NCBI GenBank assembly: GCA_021613535.1
Contig: CP075495.1
Location: 9,734,001-9,798,000 of the forward strand
Direction of reading: 5' to 3'
DNA from: Adineta vaga
Taxonomy: Eukaryota > Animalia > Rotifera
Length of the DNA: 64,000 nt
Made by a program: the position numbers and the translations under genes. The notes beneath the pieces were generated by a model. That model did no database searches and was not told the DNA's origin. It saw only the letters and a list, made by a program, of their open reading frames with translations. This document shows positions 1 to 12,430 of the stretch, piece after piece. Each line of letters begins with the position of its first letter. Within the stretch, counting starts at the first letter, position 1.

Positions 1-220
1 CTAGGTATAAATAAAATTTTAATTCTTTTTCATATAAATACTGCATATTCTTTTCTAAAGATTATTTCTCATATATTAATTGTAACGGTAAGCTAAAATA
101 GATAGATAGATTGTTTGCTTTATACTATCACGCTCTTTCAACCTCTATTTGACCGCTATACTTTGCTTCTCATGATACTAACGCATTAGTACTAGTTCGC
201 TGTTTTCTTTTGTCTATTAG

Positions 221-676
221 CATGGTTGATCAAGTATCTATTAACAGTCCATATGAAACATTTAGTGATGTGGCCAAAGAACTGTTTTGTGATGGTATCT
301 ATAATTGGGGACGAATTGTTACATTATTCTATTTTACATATAAACTTATATTGAAAGTAAGTAATAGAAATTATTTCGAAAAAATATATAACTATCGTTC
401 ATTGTAGTCACTTATAGATGAACCATCGTCACTTTTACATGTTCTCATCGAATGGACTGTTCGTTTTGTTAGAGAAATTATCGCTCCATGGATAATACGT
501 AAAGGTGGTTGGGTAAGTTTTGTTACTACGAACAATTTCATACTATGATTTTGATAATATTTTAGTTAGTTATTCTACGTGATGTTATACCACAATCACG
601 TTTAACAACAATTGGTATTTTTCTTAGTGGTATGGTTGCAAGTTTTATGATTCTTTATTTTTTTCGACGCATCTAA
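221..676 (+). CDS. Bcl-2 family multidomain protein (Bax/Bak-like), 3' part; exons 221-356, 408-512, 566-676
   Basis: BH1 ELFCDGIYNWGRIVTLFYF, BH2 WIIRKGGW, C-terminal TM anchor (IGIFLSGMVASFMILYFF RRI*). GT-AG introns keep frame. 5' exons lie before the window. Confidence 0.88.
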
Positions 677-1617
677 TCAAATATTTCTTATTAAAATAAA
701 ACAAATGGATACTAGTCGCTGTATGACACTATATCTCTTCGTTTATCATAAATTCTATTTATTTACATCTATGTATTCTCTCGTGTGTGTTTGCTTGTTT
801 TCTTTTAAAAAAATATGTATTGTACAATTCGATAAACGAAATCAATTGTCATTTAAATAAATAAATAAATATGATGTTCATACGAAATTAAAGTTATAGG
901 TAACATTGTTGATTATGTTGTATTAGAGATAATACTCAATGATTGTCAACGAAAAAATATTAGTTGTTTAGATATACAAATTGAAAGAATTAGAAAACTA
1001 ATGATAAATAAAATAAGCATTCCTATTTTTGAGATTTGAAATAAATCGTTTGAATTTTCTATTTTTTGTTATTGTTTGTTCGAAATATTATAATAAATAT
1101 CTATAGAAATCCGAGAGAATATTTTAACATGATAAAAATCTACACATAGTCATAAATTGAATCGAAGTATATCATGATACATTTTATTTTTTAATATTTG
1201 TTGTAATATATTCATCTTGTGCTCATTCAGTATCATAGATTAACGGGAATATCTAATGAATGAGCTTTAGAAGTTCAACTTTTTCTCGAGGATGAATACA
1301 TTCACTTTATTAGAATGATGTTGACCATTATATAGCTCCTCAGGTAAGAGTAATAATAGTCAAACGATCAATGAATATTTTATAACATGAAATGCGAAGA
1401 AGGCAAAGTATTTTACTTAATATTATTGGCTAAATATTATGATGAAATAATCAATAACTTCGAAAGAAAATATATGGATTATCATTGTTATTTAAAATAA
1501 AGTTTCTTACAAATTGTATCATATAGAAGATTGAAAAGTACATAGGATTACTAAACCATTTCGGTGTTCGTTCTCAAGCTCACATAACAATATTTGGATT
1601 TTTAGTTTATTTATATA

Positions 1618-2880
1618 TTAAAATTTCAAATAACTATCATCATCTGATGGATAAGTTTGATGACGAGTTACAGTCGTAGTTGTGATATTATTAGGTACGG
1701 GTGAATAACTTAATCTATACGCCGTTGACTGTTGTTCCAAATCTTTTCGATCGTTACTTCGACGTTGATAATCAACAGATCGTTGACGTCGTTTCGTTCG
1801 ATTGTCTTCATCGTCATCATCTTCATCAAGTTCACGAGGCGACACATAAAGTGGATAACGAAGACCTTCGACGGATCGTACACGTCGTGTAGGACCTGAA
1901 ACACGTCGATTATTTAATCGATCATAATCACGACGACGACTAACACGTTCATTGCGTTGATAATGTGGTCGACTGTAAGTTGTCGGTGATAGAGCACGAT
2001 TTTCAAGATTAGATATCAATCCAGCTGTTGTACGATTTGATGTTGGTGGTGGTCCAGGTATAATAATTTCTTCATCATTCTGATCTGCGCCACGTTTTAA
2101 TGGTGCTTCAATACGTAATTCTCCATGTTCTAAATAGGAAACTACTCTAGGTAGATCAACAGAACTTGGTAGAGTTATTTTTCTTGTAAATTTTTTTGAG
2201 ACACGTTGTTCAGTTGGATCAATCGATGCTGATGTATTCGTTTTTCCTTGCACAATTAAATCTCGACCTTGTATAAATACTTCAAGTTCTTCAGCGAGAT
2301 AACCACGACAATCAATACGATATTCAAGTTTACGATTCCCATTTGAATGTGTTTTATTTGATTTTGAAGAACCAAGTATTAATTGTGGACCACCTGTTGG
2401 TGATGTTAACATTCGTTCGACATCTGGTGACCGTAATAAACGAGCATTCGTTTTACTCGTATTACTAATATAAGATGAACGTTGTTGTGCACGAGAACTA
2501 GGACGTTCTTTGCGAGGAATTTCAATAATCAAACGATTTGTATCTCGTTCGATGTGCGATTGTAAACGATCAACATCAGCATCGTATGGAACTTTGAATT
2601 TTTGTACAGCAACTTGTTTTTTATTCGCTGATGAACTTGGTTGACGACGTGCACTTACAATAATAAGACCAGGTTGAGATTTATCAATAGCATAATCGCA
2701 TTTTTTCGAATCAAATGGTGATTCAACAACAATACGTGTTAACGATGAAGAAGATAATGTCGGAGCAAGAATTTTTCCTGATGTTATTGTTGGTGATTGC
2801 CAACCGGTTCCAATAACACTATCAGTTCGTCGACGATGATTAGTATATTCATCATCCGAATCTGAATGGTAACGATTCAT
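1618..2880 (-). CDS. Small heat-shock (HSP20) protein with two alpha-crystallin domains, intronless, 420 aa
   Basis: ACD2 LEYRIDCRGYLAEELEVFIQGRDLIVQGK...KKFTRKITLPSSVD...YLEHGELRIEAP; degenerate ACD1 ...QKFKVPYDADVDRLQSHIERDTNRLIIEIPR. Confidence 0.85.
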   Translation of the reverse strand: MNRYHSDSDDEYTNHRRRTDSVIGTGWQSPTITSGKILAPTLSSSSLTRIVVESPFDSKKCDYAIDKSQPGLIIVSARRQPSSSANKKQVAVQKFKVPYDADVDRLQSHIERDTNRLIIEIPRKERPSSRAQQRSSYISNTSKTNARLLRSPDVERMLTSPTGGPQLILGSSKSNKTHSNGNRKLEYRIDCRGYLAEELEVFIQGRDLIVQGKTNTSASIDPTEQRVSKKFTRKITLPSSVDLPRVVSYLEHGELRIEAPLKRGADQNDEEIIIPGPPPTSNRTTAGLISNLENRALSPTTYSRPHYQRNERVSRRRDYDRLNNRRVSGPTRRVRSVEGLRYPLYVSPRELDEDDDDEDNRTKRRQRSVDYQRRSNDRKDLEQQSTAYRLSYSPVPNNITTTTVTRHQTYPSDDDSYLKF

Positions 2881-3450
2881 ATGTATTGAAAGAGACGAGA
2901 AAAAAGTATTCTTATTTCAACTTGTTAAATGACATACAAAAGAATCAATATCAATAACATATTGACCGCAGTGTAGAAACAGTAACAAGAAAAAAAAGGA
3001 GCGATAAGTCGATGCATATTCAAAAAATCATTTAGAATATTTATATGCTATTAAACAACGATCGAAGTCCTTCAATACAATCATCATATAAAAACTGAAA
3101 GAGTGATTATAACCTTCTTGCAAATATATAAGAAACATACATGAAACTTTTGATATTCTTTTGTAGGAATGATTCATATGATGTTTCTTTTGTTGAAATG
3201 CATGATTTCTATTCATATTTTATAGGAGCAAGAAAAATACTATTCACTATCGTTGATATTTTTTATGACAATTAAAATTAACTAAAGAAAAAAGTCTTCT
3301 ATTTTCAAAGGTCTAAATAACTAAATCTGCATAGCATGTATTATGTTTCAAGTAAAACTTCGACGTTTATGATATTGACAGAAAAAAGTATTAAACTCAG
3401 ATATCGTATATAATAAACGGTAAAAAAATAGTATATGCTGCCGTTAGATT

Positions 3451-3780
3451 TTAATAATCATCATTGCTGATAGATCGACGACGACGACGACGGCCACCAC
3501 CCCATCCACGACGTACGCGTTCTAGAAGTAAACAATACGATATTAACTGTAATCAAAAATGTAATTGTCAGAAGTCGACTATTTACCATAAGGAATTGTA
3601 TTTCATCGATGGCACCTCATATTGTGACCATAGAGTATCCCTTTTAGCTGGAACCTCCATCATCATTTGTACCGGTGTAATCTTTTGTGGATATGCATAT
3701 GGTAAAGACGGATAAGTCAATGCAGAATTTGAAAGTAATAAAACAAGAGCCAATAGAATACATGCGTGATGTGAATTCAT
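3451..3780 (-). CDS. Small secreted neuropeptide-like precursor; as written it stops at 3583, with an apparent out-of-frame second exon at 3521-3451
   Basis: Signal peptide MNSHHACILLALVLLLSNSALT and a KR site. Donor GTAAAT at 3586 and acceptor TTCTAG at 3522 lead to xRVRRGWGGGRRRRRRSISNDDY*, which is one base out of phase. Confidence 0.6.
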
Positions 3781-4867
3781 ATTTTTGAAAGTAGTAATCG
3801 TTAACTTTTCCGATGGTGATATAAATCTTAAATACACGCAATGTCTTAGAGCTGATGTTTGCTTATATTTTTTATAAATATGTGTATATAATGTTTAGCC
3901 TAATTCCATTGAGTCTTTTCCTTTATGATTGTCAACTGAAGTGTAACATTATAGCATGCTTTTGTTTTTGCTCTCTTGATCTTAAATAAATACGGGAATA
4001 TTCACCCACATCCATCTTCTGTAAAAGACAATTTCATTCGGCTCTGTCTAGCTTATATCATGGTATCACGATTAATACTAAATCGATAAAAAATTTCAAA
4101 GGAAAAAAGTGAGTGGGTTTGAAAGTGAGAACGAGGGTGTGGATCAGTGCTGGTGAATCTTCTTTCTGGTCATCCATACCCACATCCTCAATTTAATCGT
4201 CTATTCATAAAATAATAAAACAAGTCTTTTATCTCATAAAGTACCTCTTTTGCTTACATCATCTTAGGCTAGTAAGTTTGTATCGAATACTCCTAAAAAA
4301 ATATTGATTTTATTTTAATGTATGAAATATATGGTTTGTTAATCTAAAATTAAAAGATTTCATTACATATCCGAAACGATTAACCTCTTTAAAATCGAAG
4401 TTAATTAGTTTATATTATAACATATCTCGTTTGAGCAGTAGTACTTTTTAGTACCATGATTTCAAGCAAAAAATTAAGTCTATATGAATGTCAGGTACAA
4501 AAAGACTTGAAGTAGGAATGCATTTATCTTTAATCTAGATTAAAACACTTAAGCATGTACAAAAATGAAAAAAAAACTCTCCTAATTTCAATAAAAGATA
4601 CGAAATATGAGATACAAGAAACAAAAGAATGACGCGTGAGATTTCACTTCTGATGATCTAATATTGATATTTAATATAAGTGACAAGTATTCGAATTAAT
4701 TTTTCAATAGATCAAATGCTTTTCGTTTACATAAGGTTGATCGTGATCTAATCAATGTGTTATTTCTCATTTTCTATCAATTCATTGTATATAAAAACAT
4801 TTCTACTAAACAAATGTATTGTACGAAAAAAAGCAAACTGTTCGCTGAAAGATGATAGTTCCATTGA

Positions 4868-6583
4868 CTACTTTGAATGTTCATCATCAATGTTATCATT
4901 GCTATCATAGAGAATATCATCCATATCTACGCGTTGTAATGAAAGTTTTCTGCCATTCGTTAACAGAGAAGATAATGATGTTGACGATGGTGACGATGAT
5001 GATGAAGAAGCTTCTGTTGTTTGTGTCATCGTAGTTGCTGATGTAGGAGAAGAAGTAGAAAATTTTTCTTGAATCCATGAAAGAAGTGCATTAGCTGAAT
5101 TGTTACCCGTTGACGGTAATTCTGCTGTTAAACTTAAGGCTGCTTCGACAGCAGTTGTTGATGATATATTTGGTAGAATATGTGAGAGAAGTTGTTGACA
5201 TAGTTTATAAAGTAATTGACTATGAGAAGATTGATCCGTTGTCACCATAGTTGATGCAGTTGTTTGTTCTGTTGTATTGAATACATTAGTATCATTTTGA
5301 TCCAATGAATAATTACCTATTTCTAATGATATGTTACTAGTGAATTGTGGAGTTGTATTCATAATAAATACTTCTGTTTCAGTATTGATAGTATTCGTTT
5401 GTTCAGTTGAATTGTCAGTTATGTCTGTCGTATACATAATTGTGCTGTTGTCACTGTTATAACTTGACTGATCGAAATATGTTGAGTTAATAACCATTAT
5501 TTCAGATTGTTCAGTTGTATTTAGAAATTCTTGATTTTCGGTAATATTTAAAGATATTGTTTCATTTAATTCTAATGATATTGTACTCATATTTTCAATA
5601 GTAGTAGTAATAGTAGTAAGAGGTAAACTAGTTGTTGAAATATCTTCTTCGGACAGTGCCATTGATGAATGCATCGTTTGTGTTTCATAGGAAGTTGATG
5701 AAATCGTTTCATTATTAAAATCATCTCTCTGTGTAGTTTGTAATATTTGGGTGGAGAGATTTTCTGTATACATATTCGATGTTGAAACAGTACTTACATC
5801 TGGAAATATCTTTTCTAATTGGATATGTTCCGCTTGAATAATATGCTCATATTCAGTTGTTTGACTTTGAGGATTCACAGAAGTAGATTCAATTGTTGTT
5901 GATAATGTTGTAACAGATGATGGTGATTTACTATGTGTAAATGATAATCTTGAGAAATCAAGTGGATCATAGTATGGATTATTGGCTGATCGCCCATGAG
6001 CTTTGGCACGATAGGCTTCTTGTAAAATATCGAATAGAACGCGTGTATGTACTGGTATAAGAGCTAAAGAAATAATTCATTGAATAGTACACAAAATAAA
6101 ACATGTTGACTTACATGACCATACAAAAGGATCTTTTTTAGATACATGTTCTTCACATAACGGACCCATATAATCAAAATAACATCGGCATTCAAATGAA
6201 GTTAAACTAGTCTCAACACATACACCTCGATTACCACATGGACTTTCTTGACAAATACCTTATTAAAACAAAACAGAAACAAAAAATCGATCATATTCAT
6301 TACAAAAGAAAATATTCTTCATACCAAGGCGTCTTTCACACAATGCTCCACTGTAATTAACAGGACAGATACAAAGATAAGTATATGCTGATCCAAAACA
6401 TGAACCACCATTCAAACAAGGCATCGACCAACAAAGGTTGCCTTTAAAACAGAAAGCAATTGCCAAAATTTGATTTTATCTCAACAATCATTTCATTTCC
6501 TTACCAGTTACCCAATTTGCATGAACCAAATAGGTAAGTTGTGTGACTATTAGAACTAGCCACCCGAATGATATCATATTCAT
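4868..6583 (-). CDS. Secreted protein: signal peptide, 2 EGF-like domains, long Ser/Thr-rich mucin-like region (4 exons)
   Basis: MNMISFGWLVLIVTQLTYLVHA; CWSMPCLNGGSC...CICPVNYSGALCE; CQESPCGNRGVC...CRCYFDYMGPLCE; the last exon is in frame with ORF 4868..5878. Confidence 0.8.
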
Positions 6584-7691
6584 AGTATTACTTTATCAAC
6601 GATGCAAGTATTCATAATCATCATCATTCGTATTGATAATGAATAAATGTCACCAACATCGAATTTTGTTCGACAAAAGACAAAGACGAAGAAAAAAATC
6701 TATATATATGCACGTTCAGATCAAATAACTCGCACTTGTATGAGGTCAACTGATATTATACGGAATGACTATTCGTGTTTACAATGTGTGTGAACAATAC
6801 ATACGTAGCTATACTCGACGAAGATGGAGGCGGAGTGTATAAGTGCGTGCGACAGCCAGCTCGGATTAGTTTATTTAAGGATCGTGTAATGAGAGGAAAA
6901 AGCAATATATATGATCCTTTCTTCATCAGTCTATACCGGTAATGAGAAAAAGATATATACAGAGAAACTGAATTGATGTCAAACAAAAGAAAGACAATTA
7001 GACAAATGTAAAGTGTAGAAATCAATCGTATTGTCTTGTTTCTTTTTCTTCTCATATTTAAATTATCTTTGATAGTTACAATAAAGTTCTTAATTCAGCT
7101 ATATTCAATAGCTAATTACATAATAGAAAGATAGAACAAGAAGAATTAGAGTTAGTTTTTTTTTGATCGATCATAATGACAGAATAATTTAAAGCTTCGA
7201 TAAGCTATTCATCGTAAACGGACTATGAGATTAACGAAAAAATAACTATAATACTATAAATCAGTCTATCAAAGACTTCATTCTCAAAAAATATCAAAGA
7301 AATCGACAAATAATCTATTTTTTTTGCTTAATCAGTTTTTATAGCAAAACATTCTTATCTTTCACTAGTTCAAATATAAAACTGAAATAAAATGCTAAGA
7401 AATGTTTGTATTTGTATTATATAAGAAAAGAAAATCCATCAGATGAAGTAGTGCAAAGAAAAAGAAGTCAAAGATACAAATACATGACTAAGCAAGCTGT
7501 ACATGAACGTGGAATGAGAGACAAAAGAAAATAGCAAATATATTGTAACAAATAAATTCTCTTTGTTTTACGTAGTATCTGACTATGAGAAAGAACATTG
7601 TATTGAATAGGACAGTTTGATGAATGAAATCGATCATTTGTTCCACGTTATCTTTTTTTTCAAGCTTGATCATATAGTGAAAAAAAAAGAA

Positions 7692-9330
7692 TTAAGATAT
7701 AATGTTTGGTTCATTGATATGATCTAATCTAATCGTATCTGTTATTTCTTGTTTATTATTTTCATCGAATTGATGTAAATTACGACGCCATGTACGTAAT
7801 TGTCCATCAAAACATCGTCGAGAACATTTACGATATTTATTTGGTGATGTTGGATGTTCACGTCGACGTTGTTTCCTATTAGAATAAGATTATATAGATT
7901 GCTTTTATAAGATCTATTATGAGACATACTTTATTGGATATTTAGCAATATAAGTAGCATAAGACTCTGACATTTTGCCTTTTAGAATTTCTTTTGTTCG
8001 TTGACGTAATGTATGTGGATCACTTTCAACATCACGTAAGATTTCATCTTCCGTCATATTCGAATATTTAGGAAAAGTTTTCAAATGACGAACATAACTA
8101 TAGAAGAGAAAAAGGTTTAGAAATTGAAAAATTCAATGAAATAATATTTACTTAAATAAATATTCAAGTTCGATTTCTTCGATTTCAGCAATTATTTTAG
8201 GATCATCACTGAAATAACGTTCAGATGCACGAGCAATATGTGCTAAGGCACGTTTTCGACTAGAAAAATACAGATTTTTGATTTCTACAGGAGAACAATC
8301 AAATGATTTACCTAACATCACTACCAGCCATATCAGATTTTGCACGTATAAGTGAACGACCACTACCGGTTTTTTGTTTTTGATTCATGACACTAACACT
8401 TTTACGTAATGTTATACGATCATTACCAGTCTGTTGAGAATTTATGGATGCTATTGCTGCATTTTCACAGAGAGCTGTTTTAAGAGCTGTATCAGCACGA
8501 ACACTTAATTCAAAAAGTGCATCAATAGTTGATCGACTATTATTTGTCGATGAATCCATTCTAGAAAAGTAAATATATGAAATAAAATTTTTCGTTTATG
8601 CTTGCAATTTACTCAGGTGTCCAATCAAGTGTTGTCGTTCTTAATGATATTACTTTATTCAATGGAGTTGGTAATTCGGATATCTTATCTTCCATTTCAC
8701 CACCTTCTATTATAGGCATTAGTTTAATTTGTGATTGATTGGTCTGTATTGTATCATCAATGACAATTCCATTGCTAGATTTTTTAATCAAAGATGTATT
8801 TGTTGTTGTTTTATGTGGTTCTCGTGAACTATTCAAAAATAAATTTTCTTTGAACTTATTGATTTCGAATATACTATCAAATACTTACTCATTCTTCCAA
8901 AATGATCCATGATCAGTAGAACTATGAAAAACACCGGCTGACATAGATCGTGAAGCTAATGTACGACGTAATCGATTATTGACATTACTTGTATTGATTA
9001 TATTATCAGTTCTTGATGGAGATCTAAAAAGAATTAAATCTAGACGAATTGAAGAAACTACTTCTATGACAAACAACAGACCTTGCACGATTAAAACCAG
9101 AGTAAACAGTTGATGCATATTGTTGTTGAGCAACATTATCAATTTGTACTTCCTACAAATAGATTATTGAAAAGTGATAAGTCAAAAAATCACAAACTTG
9201 AGAGAAATAGACTTACTCGGGCAGCTTTCGGTACCCATAGATCGACAGCGAAAAGAATCTTTTGAATTTGTGCATCAAGTGCATAGTCTGAACAAAGATC
9301 CATTAATTGTTTGATACTGTATGTCATCAT
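7692..9330 (-). CDS. SLBP: Histone mRNA stem-loop binding protein (SLBP family), 8 exons
   Basis: Spliced C-terminal RBD TLRQRTKEILKGKMSESYATYIAKYPIKKQRRREHPTSPNKYRKCSRRCFDGQLRTWRRNLHQFD matches the SLBP RBD pattern (GK..AY..Y...P...HP.TPNK...SRR.[WF]D.....W...LH..D). All junctions are phase-consistent. Confidence 0.85.
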
Positions 9331-9703
9331 TTTTGTATTTTTCTATGAAATGAATACGAAATATCTATATATTCTTCAATCCAAATTCAGATGATCTAAT
9401 ATAATGTGAAAAGTAGAAACAAAGGATAGATAGAAAAAGCCTCTCTTTCTCTACATTCGTGCTTGTTCAGAACGAATGATACACAGTGAACAAGCAGAAC
9501 AAGCGCTATCTATTTTTGATATATTCTGTAGAGGTCAACATTTTCATTGGTTCATTCCTATGAACGTTCATGATTGAGCGAATGAATAGATGAACTAAAT
9601 ATAAACAAAGCTAGAGTTAGAATTAGAATTAGAATCTGTCATTTTTAAACTATAAATGAAGTATTAGTAAAGTGAACTGCATCATTTTGTATTTCGAAAG
9701 AGA
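9331..9703. promoter_or_regulatory. Probable bidirectional promoter between SLBP (-) and DPF (+)
   Basis: Head-to-head start codons about 370 bp apart. Confidence 0.5.
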
Positions 9704-11344
9704 ATGATTGATCTCTTACCATCACGTGTAGTACGTGCATTTGGTTCTGAAGGTACTTATACAGATGCAGTATCAAATGTAAATAAATTCAATTCACGTC
9801 TTTTACGTGAGAGACGTGTTCGTTTACGTTTACCATTTGTCGATTCACAAACACATATTATTCAAACACCAACACAAAATTATCTCTGGAAAAATCCTAC
9901 ACAACGTTTAATGCCAATACGTTATGATCAAGTAGCGTCATATGCACGAAAACAGTGGTTTAAAAAACGACCACATCCACCTTCGTCCATAACTCAATCA
10001 CAAGCGATCACAAATACGAATGGTATTAATGAACAACAATCAATTGGATCACCTACAAAAAATGGTACTCCAAATGGAATGTCAAGCATCACTAATGCAG
10101 ATGATCCACGTGTCCGCATACGAGCTGGTGATCTTGGTACGATAAATCATCATTTAATTTCAAATAATAAGAAAATATAAAACATTTTTCTTTTGAAAAA
10201 AAAAACGTCTTTTCAGGAATGTCAGATTCAGATCTTCAAGTCATTGCTACTGTGGAAAACTCTGCTATGGCAGGCGGTCGATTTGCAGGTGGATCTAGTG
10301 ATGAATCATCTCAATTCTGCACCTCCCATGACTGGTCTTGTTCAACCTTCACAGCCACATTGGCCACAACATAATACTACACATAATCATCATCTTCTTC
10401 ATTCAAGCAATTATATTCTTGATGGTGATGATGATCCAGATGATTTTGATTTTGATGATTATGGTGGTGGTAATGGACCTGTCACACCTGGTGGTCCATC
10501 ATCTCCGGGTTCTTCGTCGACAACACGTCCTAAACGTGGTAGTTCTATTAAACGATTGTCACATTCTGGCCCAAGAAAAAGTGGTAACTAAAAGAGATAG
10601 TATTATTACACTTATTTTTGTTATCTTTTCTAGCTGGTAGCAATGCTTCAGGTAGTGGAGTAACTGGTAATACACCTCCGACAGGTAACCGCCGGCAACA
10701 ATATACATTAGCTGAATTGCCGTTCGTCTGTGAATTTTGCCCAGCACGATATAAAACCAAGCCTGGACTTCAATATCATCTTGCTAAACATAAAGAAACA
10801 AATACAGATTATCGACCTTCGCCATCAACACCTTCAACTGCCGATAGTTGTGGATCATCCTCACCATCGTCAGCTAATGCATCTGCAGCACTCATGAAAC
10901 AAAAATATATGAATTCATCCACGGATCATCAACAACAACATTCAATGTATCCAAATCAACCGACAACGAGTGGTCCTGGTTTGCATAATCCTGCAGGTAT
11001 GACAATCACTCATAAAATAATTTATGATTCAGAAAATTCCATTCTTTAGGTGGTCATATACCTCCGCATGGTGGTCCTCCTGGTATGCAAGGACCTCCGT
11101 ATCAAATGAATCATCATTTACCACAACAACCACCTTATGGAATGCCACCTCAACCACATCATCAATCGATGCCTCCATCTGCATCAATGCCATTGACTGT
11201 TGCTGCTCTATCTGGTTCATCGCCTGCTAATAATGGCTCGTATTATCCTCAACAACAACATCCCATGATGCATCAACAACATATGACGATGATGCAACAG
11301 CAACAACAACAGCAGCAACAGCAATACTGGCAGCAACAGCAGTT

Positions 11345-11375
<31 letters not shown>

Positions 11376-11886
11376 ACGAAGCCATCTGCTCCAATCGCTG
11401 ACACAACATTAGGTATTACAGCCGGCGTTCAATGTGATTTTTGTGGTGGTGATGAACACGAAAATAAAACAACAAAACTACCCGAACAAATGATTACTTG
11501 CAAGGTAAACTATAGAAATGATTTTGTAATACATTCATTTCTATTTTGCTATTCCTTTTCAGGATTGTGGTGGTTGTGCACATCCAACATGTCTTAAATT
11601 CACCCCTAATATGGTTCGACAAGTTAAAACTTATCCATGGCAATGTATGGAATGTAAAACATGTACAGAATGTGGTAATTCTGAAAATGATTCCGAACTT
11701 CTGTTTTGTGACGATTGTGATCGGTAAATAATATTAATCTGAATTAGATTTGATTATGATGACTTGTTTTTCTTGAATTTTAGTGGTTATCATATGTATT
11801 GTTGTTCTCCACCTTTAACAAAAGCACCGGAAGGTGATTGGCGTTGTAAATTATGTTGTGCTCAATTTGGCGAACTTCATTCATGA
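9704..11886 (+). CDS. DPF2: d4/DPF (Requiem, BAF45) family protein; apparent +1 frame break near 10310
   Basis: Requiem-N ([22 protein letters not shown]), C2H2 finger [24 protein letters not shown], polyQ, tandem PHD (CDFCGG...HPTCLKF...WQCMECKTC...[33 protein letters not shown]). Confidence 0.9.
11292..11374 (+). repeat. CAA/CAG polyglutamine tract in DPF
   Basis: [29 protein letters not shown]. Confidence 0.9.
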
Positions 11887-12430
11887 TTTATTCATTACTC
11901 GTCGTTGTTAATATTATTGTTGTTGCTTTTTAAATCTGTATGTGTTTATATGTTAAATTTCTTTTCTCAATATGTTGTATATCAGTCTAAATGATCTTTG
12001 TTCGTATTCATATCTTACTATATGTTTCTATAAATAGAATATCAATGAATATTCTTTTTTTCTTCTTATTATACAGTCGTTGTAAAAAAAGACAAGATAT
12101 AATACATAGTTGCTTTTTTCGTCAATGTCTTATTTCAGACGACGATTTTAAAATAAATATGACAACTACATCTGTTGTACAGAGTAAAATCATTTAAGAG
12201 ATCGATTGATATCGAATTTTACAGACAATTGTTTTTTCGCTGGATATGATTGTATTCTTAAACAATATCGAATGAAATTGATTCTTGCCGATAGCACAAA
12301 GAAAAACCTATTTTCGTAGTGCATATCCTCTTCTATTTATTTATTTATTTATACTTTTGAAAGAAAGATAAAAGTATATCTAATATATATATATATATAT
12401 CTTCGTTCTCTCATATTTCATTTCTATCAC

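Noticed and set aside
3451-3590. Splice-created in-frame TGA read as selenocysteine
   Set aside because: No SECIS-like hairpin evident downstream, and the read-through frame is not selenoprotein-like
3464-3715. Plus-strand Arg/Pro-rich ORF (MLIDRRRRRRPPPHP)
   Set aside because: Antisense shadow of the neuropeptide-like gene; TTG start
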